Source: Bacteriovoracaceae bacterium (lineage in GTDB: Bacteria; Bdellovibrionota; Bacteriovoracia; Bacteriovoracales; Bacteriovoracaceae). From it: a stretch of DNA of 64,000 nt. The position numbers were made by a program, and so were the translations under genes. Location of the stretch: contig OZ244226.1 of assembly GCA_965217035.1 (NCBI GenBank), positions 1,656,146 through 1,720,145 on the forward strand. The letters run 5' to 3'. Below the pieces are notes generated by a model, which was not told where the DNA came from, made no database searches, and worked only from the letters and a program-made list of their open reading frames with translations. Shown here piece by piece: positions 18,219-27,539 of this stretch; the first letter of the stretch is position 1; each line of letters opens with the position of its first letter.

Positions 18219-19730
18219 TTAATACTCTCTAAGGTCAAAGAGATATTCAAAATCTCCATTAGCATTATAAAAATGAAATCTGTTACCAGATGCTTTAATA
18301 CTATCGAAATGTATTTGGAGTTGCGAATAATTATTGCCTCGAACAAAAAGTAAGCTGTCAGAGAAGTTTAAGTTTTCGTTGTTTAAATAGAAGTCAATTA
18401 AGCAATCAGCCTCAGAGCTTGAGCATCCAAGATAAGAAAAGGAAGGAGACGAAAGAGGTGCTAGAAAGTAAATATCATTGTCGTATAGTTCTATGTCTTC
18501 GAGTTTTTGATTGATCGGCGTAGATCCAGCAATAAAGGAATTATTATAAGATCCAATAAGACCAAGCCCTGGAGGGTTTTCGGTTAAGGCTCCTGGATTG
18601 ATTTGGAATTCATTATTTTGAAGCTTGAAATCTTTGATTTCAAGATCTGAGAGATCATAGCTGATTTCATGAAATAAACTTGCCGTTCCTCCTGGTCTAG
18701 CGGGAGGAGTACTTCGAATAACAAAATTTTCAATGACATGCCCAAAGCCATGAAAATTTGCCTTCATAGAACTTCCCATATCTTCTCCGATTGGTCTTAC
18801 AACTCTATCGCCTCCATCAAGATGGTTAAAAAGATAAAGATCGGCATGAGCATGTTCGGTTGTTGACATTTTTTCAGAGTATCCATTATCGACGCTGTTA
18901 AAAAGCTGATCAGGATTACAAACGATGAGTGGGTTATTCATTTTTTCATTAGGATATGAAGATGTAATAGTATAAGCATTACTTTGAGTTTCTGTAATAT
19001 TTCCAACAATATTTGCGGTTAAAAGTCTCTTTAGATTGTTTATCTCCGTCTCATCTTTATAAGAACCTGTTCCGGTATGAAATGATTCATCACATGGATT
19101 AACTCTTTCACACTGCTCCCGACTGAGTTGTACTCTGTAATAAAGGGTTTTATTATCTCCGTTGGCATTAACACCGTGGATTTGAAATTTGAATGGAATA
19201 TTTTGAGAACAGCTGTTTGTGATAATTTCAGAAAATTCTTCAGCTGCAACCATAGTGAATTTAAACTGACCAGAATTTTGGCAATCAAGTATACTGGCAT
19301 AAGCTTCAGTGCTGAGATTAGTTGTCCCTGGATAATAAGTTTGATTTCCAGTAGAATTACTGAAACTAATATCCTTAATAATATCACTTCTATAAAGAAA
19401 TCCATCTGGACCAGAAGCAAGAAAACCTTGAGAGTCTACACCAACTCCTTCTGGAGTTTTATCCTGATCTTCTTCTCCTCCTGACAGTGCCAATTGTTGA
19501 TTCATTAATCCTCTGCAATTTCCCGAAATAGTAATCGTAAGTGCTTGAGTATAATCAATCGCTGGGCTCATAGAATAATCGACAAGTGTAAACGGAAAAA
19601 TATCATAACTAGCAGTTGCTTCTAGTTCGCTAACTTGTCCCCCAAAGCTTGAGATCGTTTCTTCGTTACTACTGATACACGAAGTAAAAATGAATAAGAC
19701 TGCGATTAATACGCAAGGTCTAAAAGTCAT
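18219..19730 (-). CDS. Surface lipoprotein with GLUG-like motif
   Basis: Lipobox FTSC; NNPLIVCNPDQL and ANFHGFGHVIENF resemble GLUG-associated motifs. Confidence 0.55.
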   Translation of the reverse strand: MTFRPCVLIAVLFIFTSCISSNEETISSFGGQVSELEATASYDIFPFTLVDYSMSPAIDYTQALTITISGNCRGLMNQQLALSGGEEDQDKTPEGVGVDSQGFLASGPDGFLYRSDIIKDISFSNSTGNQTYYPGTTNLSTEAYASILDCQNSGQFKFTMVAAEEFSEIITNSCSQNIPFKFQIHGVNANGDNKTLYYRVQLSREQCERVNPCDESFHTGTGSYKDETEINNLKRLLTANIVGNITETQSNAYTITSSYPNEKMNNPLIVCNPDQLFNSVDNGYSEKMSTTEHAHADLYLFNHLDGGDRVVRPIGEDMGSSMKANFHGFGHVIENFVIRSTPPARPGGTASLFHEISYDLSDLEIKDFKLQNNEFQINPGALTENPPGLGLIGSYNNSFIAGSTPINQKLEDIELYDNDIYFLAPLSSPSFSYLGCSSSEADCLIDFYLNNENLNFSDSLLFVRGNNYSQLQIHFDSIKASGNRFHFYNANGDFEYLFDLREY

Positions 19731-19890
19731 AATTTTCTCCTGACTTTATTGTAAAAGAAGCAAGAGAAAAGACTATAAAAAATGCTAGAAATAACTTAAT
19801 TATTAAGTACTTAGCCCTAAAGGGGGCAATAACATGATTTCTATTTTCCACTAAAGGTGCTAACTTTAGTTGTCAGTACGGGAGGATAAA

Positions 19891-20433
19891 TTGGTAAAGA
19901 TCTATACAAAAACAGGGGACAAAGGGGAGACAGGCCTTGTTTCTGGAACTCGTGTTAGTAAGTCGGACCAGAGAATCGATCTTTATGGAGAGGTTGATGA
20001 GCTCAACTCTCTAATAGGATATTTGGACGTTGAGACTAAGAAAGAACTCCATGCAGATGTTCAATCTCAACTTTTTAATCTTGGTTCTTTACTGGCCTGT
20101 GAAATGGCAAAAAGAGAAGAGTTTAAATTACCGAAAGTTAGTCTTGATATTGTTAAGTCCTTAGAAGAATCAATTGATGAGATGACAAAAGAGCTCCCTG
20201 CTTTAAAAAACTTTATTCTTCCTGGAGGAACTGAAGCTTCTGCAAGGGCTCACTTATGTCGAGTTGTTACAAGAAGAGTTGAAAGAAAACTTGTTGCTTT
20301 TGAAGCGAACTATAAGGGCGAAGCTCCGGAAAATAGTGTCGCTTTTCTTAATAGGTTGAGTGACTATTTCTTTGTATTAGCTCGTTATTGGAATTTTAAG
20401 AACAATATTACGGAAACTCTTTGGAAGCCTTAA
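19891..20433 (+). CDS. pduO: ATP:cob(I)alamin adenosyltransferase, PduO type
   Basis: KIYTKTGDKGET, YGEVDELNS, FILPGG, RRVER, LNRLSDYFF; likely TTG start after GGAGG. Confidence 0.92.
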   Translation: MVKIYTKTGDKGETGLVSGTRVSKSDQRIDLYGEVDELNSLIGYLDVETKKELHADVQSQLFNLGSLLACEMAKREEFKLPKVSLDIVKSLEESIDEMTKELPALKNFILPGGTEASARAHLCRVVTRRVERKLVAFEANYKGEAPENSVAFLNRLSDYFFVLARYWNFKNNITETLWKP

Positions 20434-20873
20434 AAATCATTATCATTTGATTGATCAGGGGCTGTCATCTGTTGATAGTCTTTAATGAACTTGGCATTAA
20501 TGCTTCCATCATCAGGCCTAATAAGCACTTTAACTGCATCAGAGGACGATCTGTCTTCATCGATATGCAGAAATGTCTCACCAATCACAATCATATCTTG
20601 AATAAATAAACGAGTTATCTCTCCAATTTTAAGACCATTAATTTTTGTTCCATTTTTGGATTCAAGATCTTTGATAAGTAATTCGCTGCCAGTGAACTTT
20701 ACTTTGCAGTGAACACTACTTGTGAAGTCATCAGGTACTCTTGTTGTACAAGACCGAGATCTGCCAAAAGAAGCTTCCTCGCCCTTAGAAAGAGTAACAA
20801 ACTCTTGAAATTCAATGGGAGAGCTTAAGTCCTTATGGTTTTCAAACTTAACGATTCTTATAGTAACGAACAT
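20430..20873 (-). CDS. FHA domain protein
   Basis: FGRS, SSVHC, DLESKNGTKING. Confidence 0.85.
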   Translation of the reverse strand: MFVTIRIVKFENHKDLSSPIEFQEFVTLSKGEEASFGRSRSCTTRVPDDFTSSVHCKVKFTGSELLIKDLESKNGTKINGLKIGEITRLFIQDMIVIGETFLHIDEDRSSSDAVKVLIRPDDGSINAKFIKDYQQMTAPDQSNDNDF

Positions 20874-20880
20874 GATAATA

Positions 20881-21519
20881 TTATAACCAAGAATCCTTGT
20901 GATACTCAAAAAAAGTTGTTGATTTCACTCTTTGAAGATATTGATGAATTTTGGGACTGAATTGAAACTCTGGAACGACATAAAGGCCCCAGAGATGTGA
21001 AGCGATTAAAATATCCCTAAGGGTTAATTGTTCAGAGTGATAATAGCTTATGAGATTTGCCTCAAGTTCATCTAGATCAGTTTGTAGAGGCATTAGAAAG
21101 CTTTCTTTATTCTTTACGAGTTCTTTGAAGGGACCTCTCTTGAGCTCTTTTTTCTTTTGAAAGTAAGCTCGGGATTTTTCATTGAATTCAGGAGTGTAGA
21201 TCCAATAAGGCATAGCGAGGCTATGAATATTTTTTCCAAGTTTATTGAGAAGTGTTTCAAGTTGTGGATATTCTGCCAGGGTTGCTTCTGTGTCGAGTCG
21301 ATTTTCTGAGTCAAAATATTTGATAATTTCAAGACTTTCATTAGACGTATAATCTTCAAAACTGACGATTGGCAGCATCTTGACGCCTGTAAGTTGAGTG
21401 GGGCGCTCCTCATCGTCATAATCTAAGACCTCAGAATTATAAGGAATTTTCAAATATCCAAGTGCCATCCGTACCCTGAGACAAAAAGGACAGTGAATAT
21501 AATGGTATAATGTAGGCAT
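20881..21519 (-). CDS. grxB: Glutaredoxin 2 (GrxB) / GST-fold protein
   Basis: LYHYIHCPFCLRVRM, GVKMLPI, ESLEII, YFQKKKE. Confidence 0.8.
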   Translation of the reverse strand: MPTLYHYIHCPFCLRVRMALGYLKIPYNSEVLDYDDEERPTQLTGVKMLPIVSFEDYTSNESLEIIKYFDSENRLDTEATLAEYPQLETLLNKLGKNIHSLAMPYWIYTPEFNEKSRAYFQKKKELKRGPFKELVKNKESFLMPLQTDLDELEANLISYYHSEQLTLRDILIASHLWGLYVVPEFQFSPKIHQYLQRVKSTTFFEYHKDSWL

Positions 21520-21596
21520 AAGGTTTCCTTTGTAGATCTTGCCAAGTCTTTGTGGGTATTCTACTTAAAGGAAGTACGGAAAACAATGGAGCGACT

Positions 21597-21929
21597 ATGC
21601 AACAAGTTGTAGAAATTACAGATAAAGCAATTGAGCAAATTAAAGTCATTGCTTCGGCTGAAAAACCAGGAAAAGACAAAGGCTTACGCCTTGCTGTTGT
21701 TGGCGGGGGTTGTTCAGGTCTTAGTTATAAGATTGAATTTTCTGAAATTAAGCAAAAAGATAATATTCAAAGTTATTCTGATTTCTCAGTTATTATCGAT
21801 CCGAAATCATCAATCTATCTCAAGGGTGTTACTCTTGATTTCCAAGATGGTCTTAACGGAAAAGGTTTTGTCTTTATTAACCCTAATGCCCAAAATACCT
21901 GTGGTTGTGGCGAATCTTTTTCTTTGTAA
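21597..21929 (+). CDS. iscA: HesB/IscA-family Fe-S cluster carrier
   Basis: GGGCSGLSY, NPNA..TCGCGESF. Confidence 0.9.
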   Translation: MQQVVEITDKAIEQIKVIASAEKPGKDKGLRLAVVGGGCSGLSYKIEFSEIKQKDNIQSYSDFSVIIDPKSSIYLKGVTLDFQDGLNGKGFVFINPNAQNTCGCGESFSL

Positions 21930-23390
21930 ATGTTACTAGAAAGTGAACGGTTGGAAGGTGGTGAGGTGAAAGAAGATTTGGTCTTCTTTGAAATCCTTGG
22001 TCCTGACGCTAGTACTTATCTTCATAATCAAACTCCTAATCATATTCCAACTCAAGTAGGAACAGGCTTTCCCAACGTTTTTGTAACGAATAAAGGGGTT
22101 TTTATTTCAGCGTTTTATCTATACAAAAAATCAAGTGAGTGTTTTTGGGCAATCCTTAATAGATCTGAAAAAGAAAAATTTTTAGAAAGGCTAGAGCTTT
22201 ACCATATTTCTGAAGATTTCGAAGTTGAAGAATGGAAAGAAGAATATCATATCCTAGTTGGTGAGAGGACCTTAGATAATGAATATGACTCAGAGATTCC
22301 TTATTGGTACTACGGTCATCGAGCTAAAATAATTTTTGAATCTACCCAGGTTGCTGAGATAAACGGAAAAGCTCTTAAGTTATTTCACGGATTTCATGAC
22401 GATATTAATCGTAAATTTTTCACAGATACTCGTTATATTGACTTTAGTTACAATAAAGATAAAGGGTGTTTTCCTGGTCAAGAAACAGTTGCAAAAATTG
22501 TTAATAATCGAGGGGCTGCTCTTTTTCCTTGTCTCTTACAAGGTGAACGTTTTCAAAACAGTGATCTTGAAAAAGGCGAGTATATTGATTCTTTTAAAGA
22601 CTATCACTTAGTCCTACTCCCGAGAGAAAAAAGAGTGAATCGCTCTTTTGTTAAGCTTAATGATGGAAAAGAAAGAAAAGTTTTAACCTTTCCAGTCCTA
22701 GAAGAAACCGCTGAAAAGTGGGCTGAATCTCTTTGCGATATTGCTCATGCGAAGTTTCATGAGGGAAAAATAGATGAAGCTAAAAAGCTTCTGATCTACG
22801 CGATTCAAAATAAGAACGACTATGCTGACGCCTATGAAATGCTTGGAGTTATTCTAGGGAGAGAAGATAATTACGTTGAAGCAATTAAGCTCATGAAGAA
22901 ATTGTCTGAAGTTGATCCCTCTTCGATTATGGCACATACGAATCTTTCTCTTTATTACATGAAAATTGGGGAGATCGAAAAAGCTGAAGATGAGAAATCT
23001 AAAGCGATGCTCAAAGAGTTTGAAAAAGCTGGTTCTTCAATGGATCAAGAGGAAGAAAAAAGAAGACAAGAAGAAGAACTTGAAAGAAAAGAATCAATGT
23101 ATAAACAAGTATTAGAAATAGATGAAGAAGACTTTATTGCAAACTTTGGATTGGGTGAAATTTCTTTTTTGAGAAAAAAATATAAGGAAGCTGAAAAGCT
23201 ACTTTCATATGCATTAAATTTAAATTCTAAGCATTCGCAAGCTTATTTGCTTCTAGGGAAAACGCTTTTGGCCTTAGATGAAAATGACAAAACAAAAGAG
23301 CTATTAAAAAAAGGCATTGAAGTTGCTGCTTCTCAAGGAGACATGATGCCAGCCAATGAAATGCAATCTATGCTGAATCAGCTATCTTGA
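21930..23390 (+). CDS. YgfZ/GcvT-like folate-binding domain fused to TPR repeats
   Basis: GPDASTYLHNQ, KGCFPGQETVAK signature; C-terminal TPR helices. Confidence 0.8.
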   Translation: MLLESERLEGGEVKEDLVFFEILGPDASTYLHNQTPNHIPTQVGTGFPNVFVTNKGVFISAFYLYKKSSECFWAILNRSEKEKFLERLELYHISEDFEVEEWKEEYHILVGERTLDNEYDSEIPYWYYGHRAKIIFESTQVAEINGKALKLFHGFHDDINRKFFTDTRYIDFSYNKDKGCFPGQETVAKIVNNRGAALFPCLLQGERFQNSDLEKGEYIDSFKDYHLVLLPREKRVNRSFVKLNDGKERKVLTFPVLEETAEKWAESLCDIAHAKFHEGKIDEAKKLLIYAIQNKNDYADAYEMLGVILGREDNYVEAIKLMKKLSEVDPSSIMAHTNLSLYYMKIGEIEKAEDEKSKAMLKEFEKAGSSMDQEEEKRRQEEELERKESMYKQVLEIDEEDFIANFGLGEISFLRKKYKEAEKLLSYALNLNSKHSQAYLLLGKTLLALDENDKTKELLKKGIEVAASQGDMMPANEMQSMLNQLS

Positions 23391-23399
23391 GATTTTTAG

Positions 23400-23864
23400 T
23401 TAATTCCTAATTCTTAAATCGATGTGATTTCTTTTAAACGTAAGTTCAACATTTTCAGAAGATGTTGAAAGAAGCAAGGTATTCAAGTTTATATTATCAG
23501 AGTTGTTTCTATTATAACGATAGAGATAATTTTCTGCAGCCTCTTGATTTGGTAATGTCACAGAGAGGTTAATAAAAGCTGTTCCACAATCAAAAGCATT
23601 ACTTAAATTTAAAGGTGTAGGGAGAAAGTTTCTATCAAGTTTCATGCTAGAGGAGATTGGTTGTTCACTGAAGTAAAGGATTTGAAGACCATCTTCAGAC
23701 CGAGTATCTCCTAGGTAATAGTTGCAAGTTTCTTTAGGAGTGATTGATTGAAGAGAGGATTTTGAAAAGTCTTTTCTAGTAGAGTCTCCCCCACAGGAAG
23801 TAAGCATCAAAATGATTGAATAGAGAAATAATAAAGAAACCTTCATCCTGTAGAAATATAGCAT
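23400..23864 (-). CDS. Hypothetical lipoprotein
   Basis: LTSC lipobox. Confidence 0.6.
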   Translation of the reverse strand: MLYFYRMKVSLLFLYSIILMLTSCGGDSTRKDFSKSSLQSITPKETCNYYLGDTRSEDGLQILYFSEQPISSSMKLDRNFLPTPLNLSNAFDCGTAFINLSVTLPNQEAAENYLYRYNRNNSDNINLNTLLLSTSSENVELTFKRNHIDLRIRN

Positions 23865-23944
23865 TTATAGGGATTGAGGGGGTAAGGATTGAAATAATTA
23901 TAGGCTCTATTGAACTGGGTAAGAGTGCTATTGTATCATTTCAA

Positions 23945-24075
23945 TCATTATTGAGGCTGAATCTAGTGAAAGTCTAGAACTGTCGTGCAACGGTAAGTGA
24001 TTAAATAAATCATAAGTCCGATCTGTCGCTTTAATGAATCTTAGAAAAAGCAACTTAACACGTAATTGAGGAGGC
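23945..24075 (+). promoter_or_regulatory. Cobalamin riboswitch (class II / AdoCbl-variant type)
   Basis: GAATCTAG-TGAAAG-TCTAGA-ACTGTCGTGCAACGGTAA...AAGTCCGA core; TCATTA/TAATGA closing helix; L5 CGTG complementary to L13 CACG; lies upstream of a DUF4430 gene. Confidence 0.8.
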
Positions 24076-24079
24076 TTTC

Positions 24080-24412
24080 ATGCGTTTCTTTGTTTTTTTA
24101 TTATTTTTTTCAAGTTTATCAACCCTTTCAGATGTTTACTTGAGCGTCCCGGCGGTAGGGATTGAGCGATACTCGACAAGCTTTGAGTTTGCCACAGTTG
24201 GTGATCTCAGTCTTTCGTCATTTGAGCGTCATAGCATCGATTATTCTCTAGATGGAGACTATATCTGGATGATTAATGGCATGGCCGCGGAAGGGGATGA
24301 AGGTTGGTGTTATAGAGTGAACGGAGAAATTCCTGAAGTCGGAGCTTTTTCTTATTATCTAAGTGATGGTGATAGTGTTGAATGGTTCTGGTGCAATATT
24401 GGTGATCTATAA
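24080..24412 (+). CDS. Secreted DUF4430 / transcobalamin C-terminal-like protein
   Basis: Signal peptide; WMING..GWCYRVNG.IPEVGA.SY.L.DGD.VEW. Confidence 0.8.
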   Translation: MRFFVFLLFFSSLSTLSDVYLSVPAVGIERYSTSFEFATVGDLSLSSFERHSIDYSLDGDYIWMINGMAAEGDEGWCYRVNGEIPEVGAFSYYLSDGDSVEWFWCNIGDL

Positions 24413-24427
24413 ATTGGGTTACAAGGA

Positions 24428-24504
24428 TGGCTGGGAAGGTCGGACTCGAACCGACGACCAATAGATTAACAGTCTACTGCGCTAACCAACTGCGCCACTC
24501 CCCA
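24428..24504 (-). tRNA. tRNA-Asn(GTT)
   Basis: Cloverleaf on the reverse complement, anticodon loop CTGTTAA, GTTCGA T-loop, CCA end. Confidence 0.97.
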
Positions 24505-24522
24505 GTATCCGTGTAGAGATAA

Positions 24523-24551
24523 TTTATAATTTGAGCCCTAGAATTTGTCCA
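24523..24551 (-). promoter_or_regulatory. Sigma70-like promoter of tRNA-Asn
   Basis: TGGACA-N17-TATAAA on the minus strand. Confidence 0.55.
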
Positions 24552-24596
24552 TATTTTTTTAAAATCAATGGCTTAGATAAAATGCGATAAAAAAAC

Positions 24597-24624
24597 TCAA
24601 GTTTTATAATTGTTTTCCCGATAA
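24597..24624 (+). promoter_or_regulatory. Sigma28 (FliA)-type promoter
   Basis: TCAAG-N15-CCCGATAA upstream of ORF 24660. Confidence 0.55.
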
Positions 24625-24659
24625 GGAAAAAAAGCGCGTAAATTCAAGGAGTTAACGCA

Positions 24660-25142
24660 TTGTTTATTGAAAAAGAAAATAAGTCCCAAAATGTTCTTAA
24701 TTTTATGTCGTTCGACGAGATAAGTTCTCTCGTCGATTCTGCTGAATTTGAAGATATCGAGGGGGTTGCACGTGAATTTAGGCTTTACCCGACTGATTAC
24801 GAGATCTCTAATGAGGATCTTTGTAGCGCCTTTGCACTTATTTCTGAGAGTCAGTGGATAGAGGAAAGGTTCAGGGCAGAAAATTGGAATCAACTTGAGT
24901 TGGAGCTTTTGAGTTTAAAGGAAAGCGAAGAACTGCTTGTGAGCCCTGTCATTAAGTCTGAGGATCGGGATCTTACGGAGTCGAGCTCTACTGACTTTCT
25001 TTTTAGCAATAGAAAGAAAATGTCTCAGCATAAAGTGACAAAAACAGAAGAGTTAATTGAGGTTTTTCAAAAAAACCAGAATCAAAAGGCAAACTCTGCT
25101 CTTGCGAATTCAAAAAACCTTATTAATAAAAAAGCGGGATAG
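24660..25142 (+). CDS. Hypothetical protein
   Basis: AAGGAG RBS, TTG start, 160 aa. Confidence 0.65.
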   Translation: MFIEKENKSQNVLNFMSFDEISSLVDSAEFEDIEGVAREFRLYPTDYEISNEDLCSAFALISESQWIEERFRAENWNQLELELLSLKESEELLVSPVIKSEDRDLTESSSTDFLFSNRKKMSQHKVTKTEELIEVFQKNQNQKANSALANSKNLINKKAG

Positions 25143-26130
25143 CTTTTAGTTTTTCTAAAGAAGTTTGAACTTTGTTTTTGGTCAATAATGTCATTTTGTC
25201 TTGATCAAAAAAACCATCTACATAGATTGCTTTAAAGTTTTTTTCATCAATGCAAATTAAATAAGGACTTGTGTTTTCAAGGCCTTCTTCTTTTTTTATA
25301 GCACAACGAAAAGAATTTTTAATTGGTAGGATTTCCTTGAAAGGACAACGATAATGAGGTCCGCCATCGAAGGGATCTACTTCTTCCATGTATTTAAAAC
25401 CAATTGCTTCAAGCATTTTCTTTACAGGTTTTGTTTCGGGTCCTACTTGACCGACAATTCTTTGAGCATCAAGACCAAGAAGAGTTTGATAAATATTCTC
25501 AGAAGGAAAAAGGTTTAAAATAAACTCCTTATTAACTCGACTTAGTTCATCAGCATCCATGTAATCCATATGAAAAAATTTTCTCCCAATAGCGTCCCAG
25601 AGAATAGAGTTGCCATTTTCGTCAAGTGGAGGCAAGAGTTCTGAGTGGACCTTATTTTTAAATCTTTCGGGATGTAAGGCCATATAAAGAAAACGGACGA
25701 AGGAAATTTGCTTTCCAAGTTTTTGAGAATGTCCCCTGTATGATGGATCAAGGACTAGGCCTCCAATTTCTGTCGGGCCGTCGGTATCAATTCCAAGCTT
25801 AAGAGTTCCATGAATGAAGTATTTATCAACGGTGGAGCTGTATTTTTTTTCTTTTCCTACCTTAAGATAAAAGTGAGGGTGTTCTTCGGTACCATGTTGT
25901 GCATGAACCATAGATGTTCCAATTATTTTATTATGATCGATATCTTCTAGAACAAAAACGTAATCATTTTCCCATAAATTTTTAGAAGGTTTATCAAAAG
26001 CATCTATTGATTTTATAATTCTCTTTCTAATTTTCTCCTTATCAGGAGGAAGATTTATAAAGTTTCCTAACTGGCTAAGCTCATAAAGAGTAGAAATATC
26101 TTTTTCTTGAGCTTTCCTTAATTGAAACAT
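25123..26130 (-). CDS. astA: Arginine N-succinyltransferase
   Basis: NLPPD, YVFVLED, TEIGGLVLDP.YRG, W...G..FF.MDY..AD, DPFDGGP. Confidence 0.9.
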   Translation of the reverse strand: MFQLRKAQEKDISTLYELSQLGNFINLPPDKEKIRKRIIKSIDAFDKPSKNLWENDYVFVLEDIDHNKIIGTSMVHAQHGTEEHPHFYLKVGKEKKYSSTVDKYFIHGTLKLGIDTDGPTEIGGLVLDPSYRGHSQKLGKQISFVRFLYMALHPERFKNKVHSELLPPLDENGNSILWDAIGRKFFHMDYMDADELSRVNKEFILNLFPSENIYQTLLGLDAQRIVGQVGPETKPVKKMLEAIGFKYMEEVDPFDGGPHYRCPFKEILPIKNSFRCAIKKEEGLENTSPYLICIDEKNFKAIYVDGFFDQDKMTLLTKNKVQTSLEKLKAIPLFY

Positions 26131-26810
26131 AATCCTCCATTTAAAACTTTAATTATGTATTCAATATCTTCAATATGAATTGCAAGTGGTATGAAAACCA
26201 TATCATCTTGATCTTCCTCGATAAAAATTCCATTTGAAGCAAGGGTTTCAAGATTAAGTTTCTTATCAAAATGAATAACCAGTCCCTTTCGTTTTCCTAC
26301 CCTTAGCTCACTATCGAATTTTTGAGAGATAAACTGATATAAGCCACCTTCTTCAAAAATCTTCAAGCGAAAGTAGTAATTTAAATAATGAAAAATTGGA
26401 TGAGGCTCTCCAGATTCAAGTCCTTTGATTAACTGAAAACTTTTTCCATGGAAGTTTCGAACATCAATCACTTCCCTTTCAGCTTTGAGTTCTTTAAATA
26501 ATTCTTCTGGCCTCTGAATAAAGTTCCCTTCCTCGTCACTCTTTGAAAATTTTTTTACGGAATAACCCATGAATTTAGAGAGTGTCCAGTTTCCTTTAAT
26601 ATTGATTGGATGATTATGACCGAGAGGGTTATAAAGGTGATTGTAGGAGAGGTCGATATATTTTTCACCTTCTGCGAGGAAATAAGCTCCTAATAAAAAA
26701 TCAGCATTCCATAGTTTACAAGCTGCAACATTACTTCCCAGAGGAAAGCTCAAGACCTCAAGATTCTCTTGATGGCTTTGGGAAAACGGTGAATTCTGTT
26801 GTAATATCAT
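26118..26810 (-). CDS. Degenerate class III aminotransferase (AstC/ArgD-like), central PLP region largely missing
   Basis: GEKYIDL...NPLGHNHP and RKGLVI motifs only; 230 aa; overlaps astA. Confidence 0.55.
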   Translation of the reverse strand: MILQQNSPFSQSHQENLEVLSFPLGSNVAACKLWNADFLLGAYFLAEGEKYIDLSYNHLYNPLGHNHPINIKGNWTLSKFMGYSVKKFSKSDEEGNFIQRPEELFKELKAEREVIDVRNFHGKSFQLIKGLESGEPHPIFHYLNYYFRLKIFEEGGLYQFISQKFDSELRVGKRKGLVIHFDKKLNLETLASNGIFIEEDQDDMVFIPLAIHIEDIEYIIKVLNGGLCFN

Positions 26811-26840
26811 ACTGTTATAATATACTCGTGCGACACAATT

Positions 26841-27539
26841 ATGAATAATGATAACATGTCAGAAGTCCTGAAGTCATTAGAGAGTCTCTATACTCAAGGG
26901 AAAGTTGAAGAGGCTATTAATTTGCTCAAAGAGAATGAGTTGAATTTTGATAGACCTCTTTTTCATTACAACCTTGGAACGATGCTCGTTAAGAACAAGC
27001 AACTTCCTCAAGCTCGGTTTCATCTCGAAGTGGCGAAAGTCCTAGGTTATAAACCTACAATGGTTGATAATAATATCGACTTCGTTAAAGAGAATTTGGG
27101 GTTGTTACGTTTGGAAGAACCTCGGAATTTAAAAGAAAATTACCATGTCACGATAGAAGGAGTTCCTCGCGAGTACTTTGTGACCTTTTTTCTTGTGAGT
27201 ATTTTGTTGGGTCTTTATTTTTACAAAAGGGTGAAGAGGGTTTGGGTTTTAATCCTTTTTATCGTGATTTCAGCTTCTCTCCCCTTCGCTAAGGTTTATC
27301 AAAATCAACTTATGAAAGTAGGCATAGTCTCTACTGATACCCCTTTAAGAGAGGGGCCATCAGATGTCTTTGAGCAAACTGGGGAGCTTCCAGCTGGTCT
27401 CAAGGTTTTTATTTCAGAGATTAGGGATGATTCCTGGTACTTTGTTGAATCTCCGAAAATGTTTCGTGGTTGGGTAGAGCTGAAGTACTTAAATTTAATA
27501 GGTAAAAAAAATGAAAAACTTATTTTGGATTTTATGTAG
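26841..27539 (+). CDS. BatE-like TPR / TM / SH3b protein
   Basis: HYNLG TPR, two TM helices, LREGPS...ELPAG...W...GWV SH3b. Confidence 0.75.
   Translation: MNNDNMSEVLKSLESLYTQGKVEEAINLLKENELNFDRPLFHYNLGTMLVKNKQLPQARFHLEVAKVLGYKPTMVDNNIDFVKENLGLLRLEEPRNLKENYHVTIEGVPREYFVTFFLVSILLGLYFYKRVKRVWVLILFIVISASLPFAKVYQNQLMKVGIVSTDTPLREGPSDVFEQTGELPAGLKVFISEIRDDSWYFVESPKMFRGWVELKYLNLIGKKNEKLILDFM

Noticed and set aside
24417..24430. TACAAGGATG CsrA-like site after the DUF4430 gene
   Set aside because: Overlaps the antisense of the tRNA CCA end and forms no clear hairpin
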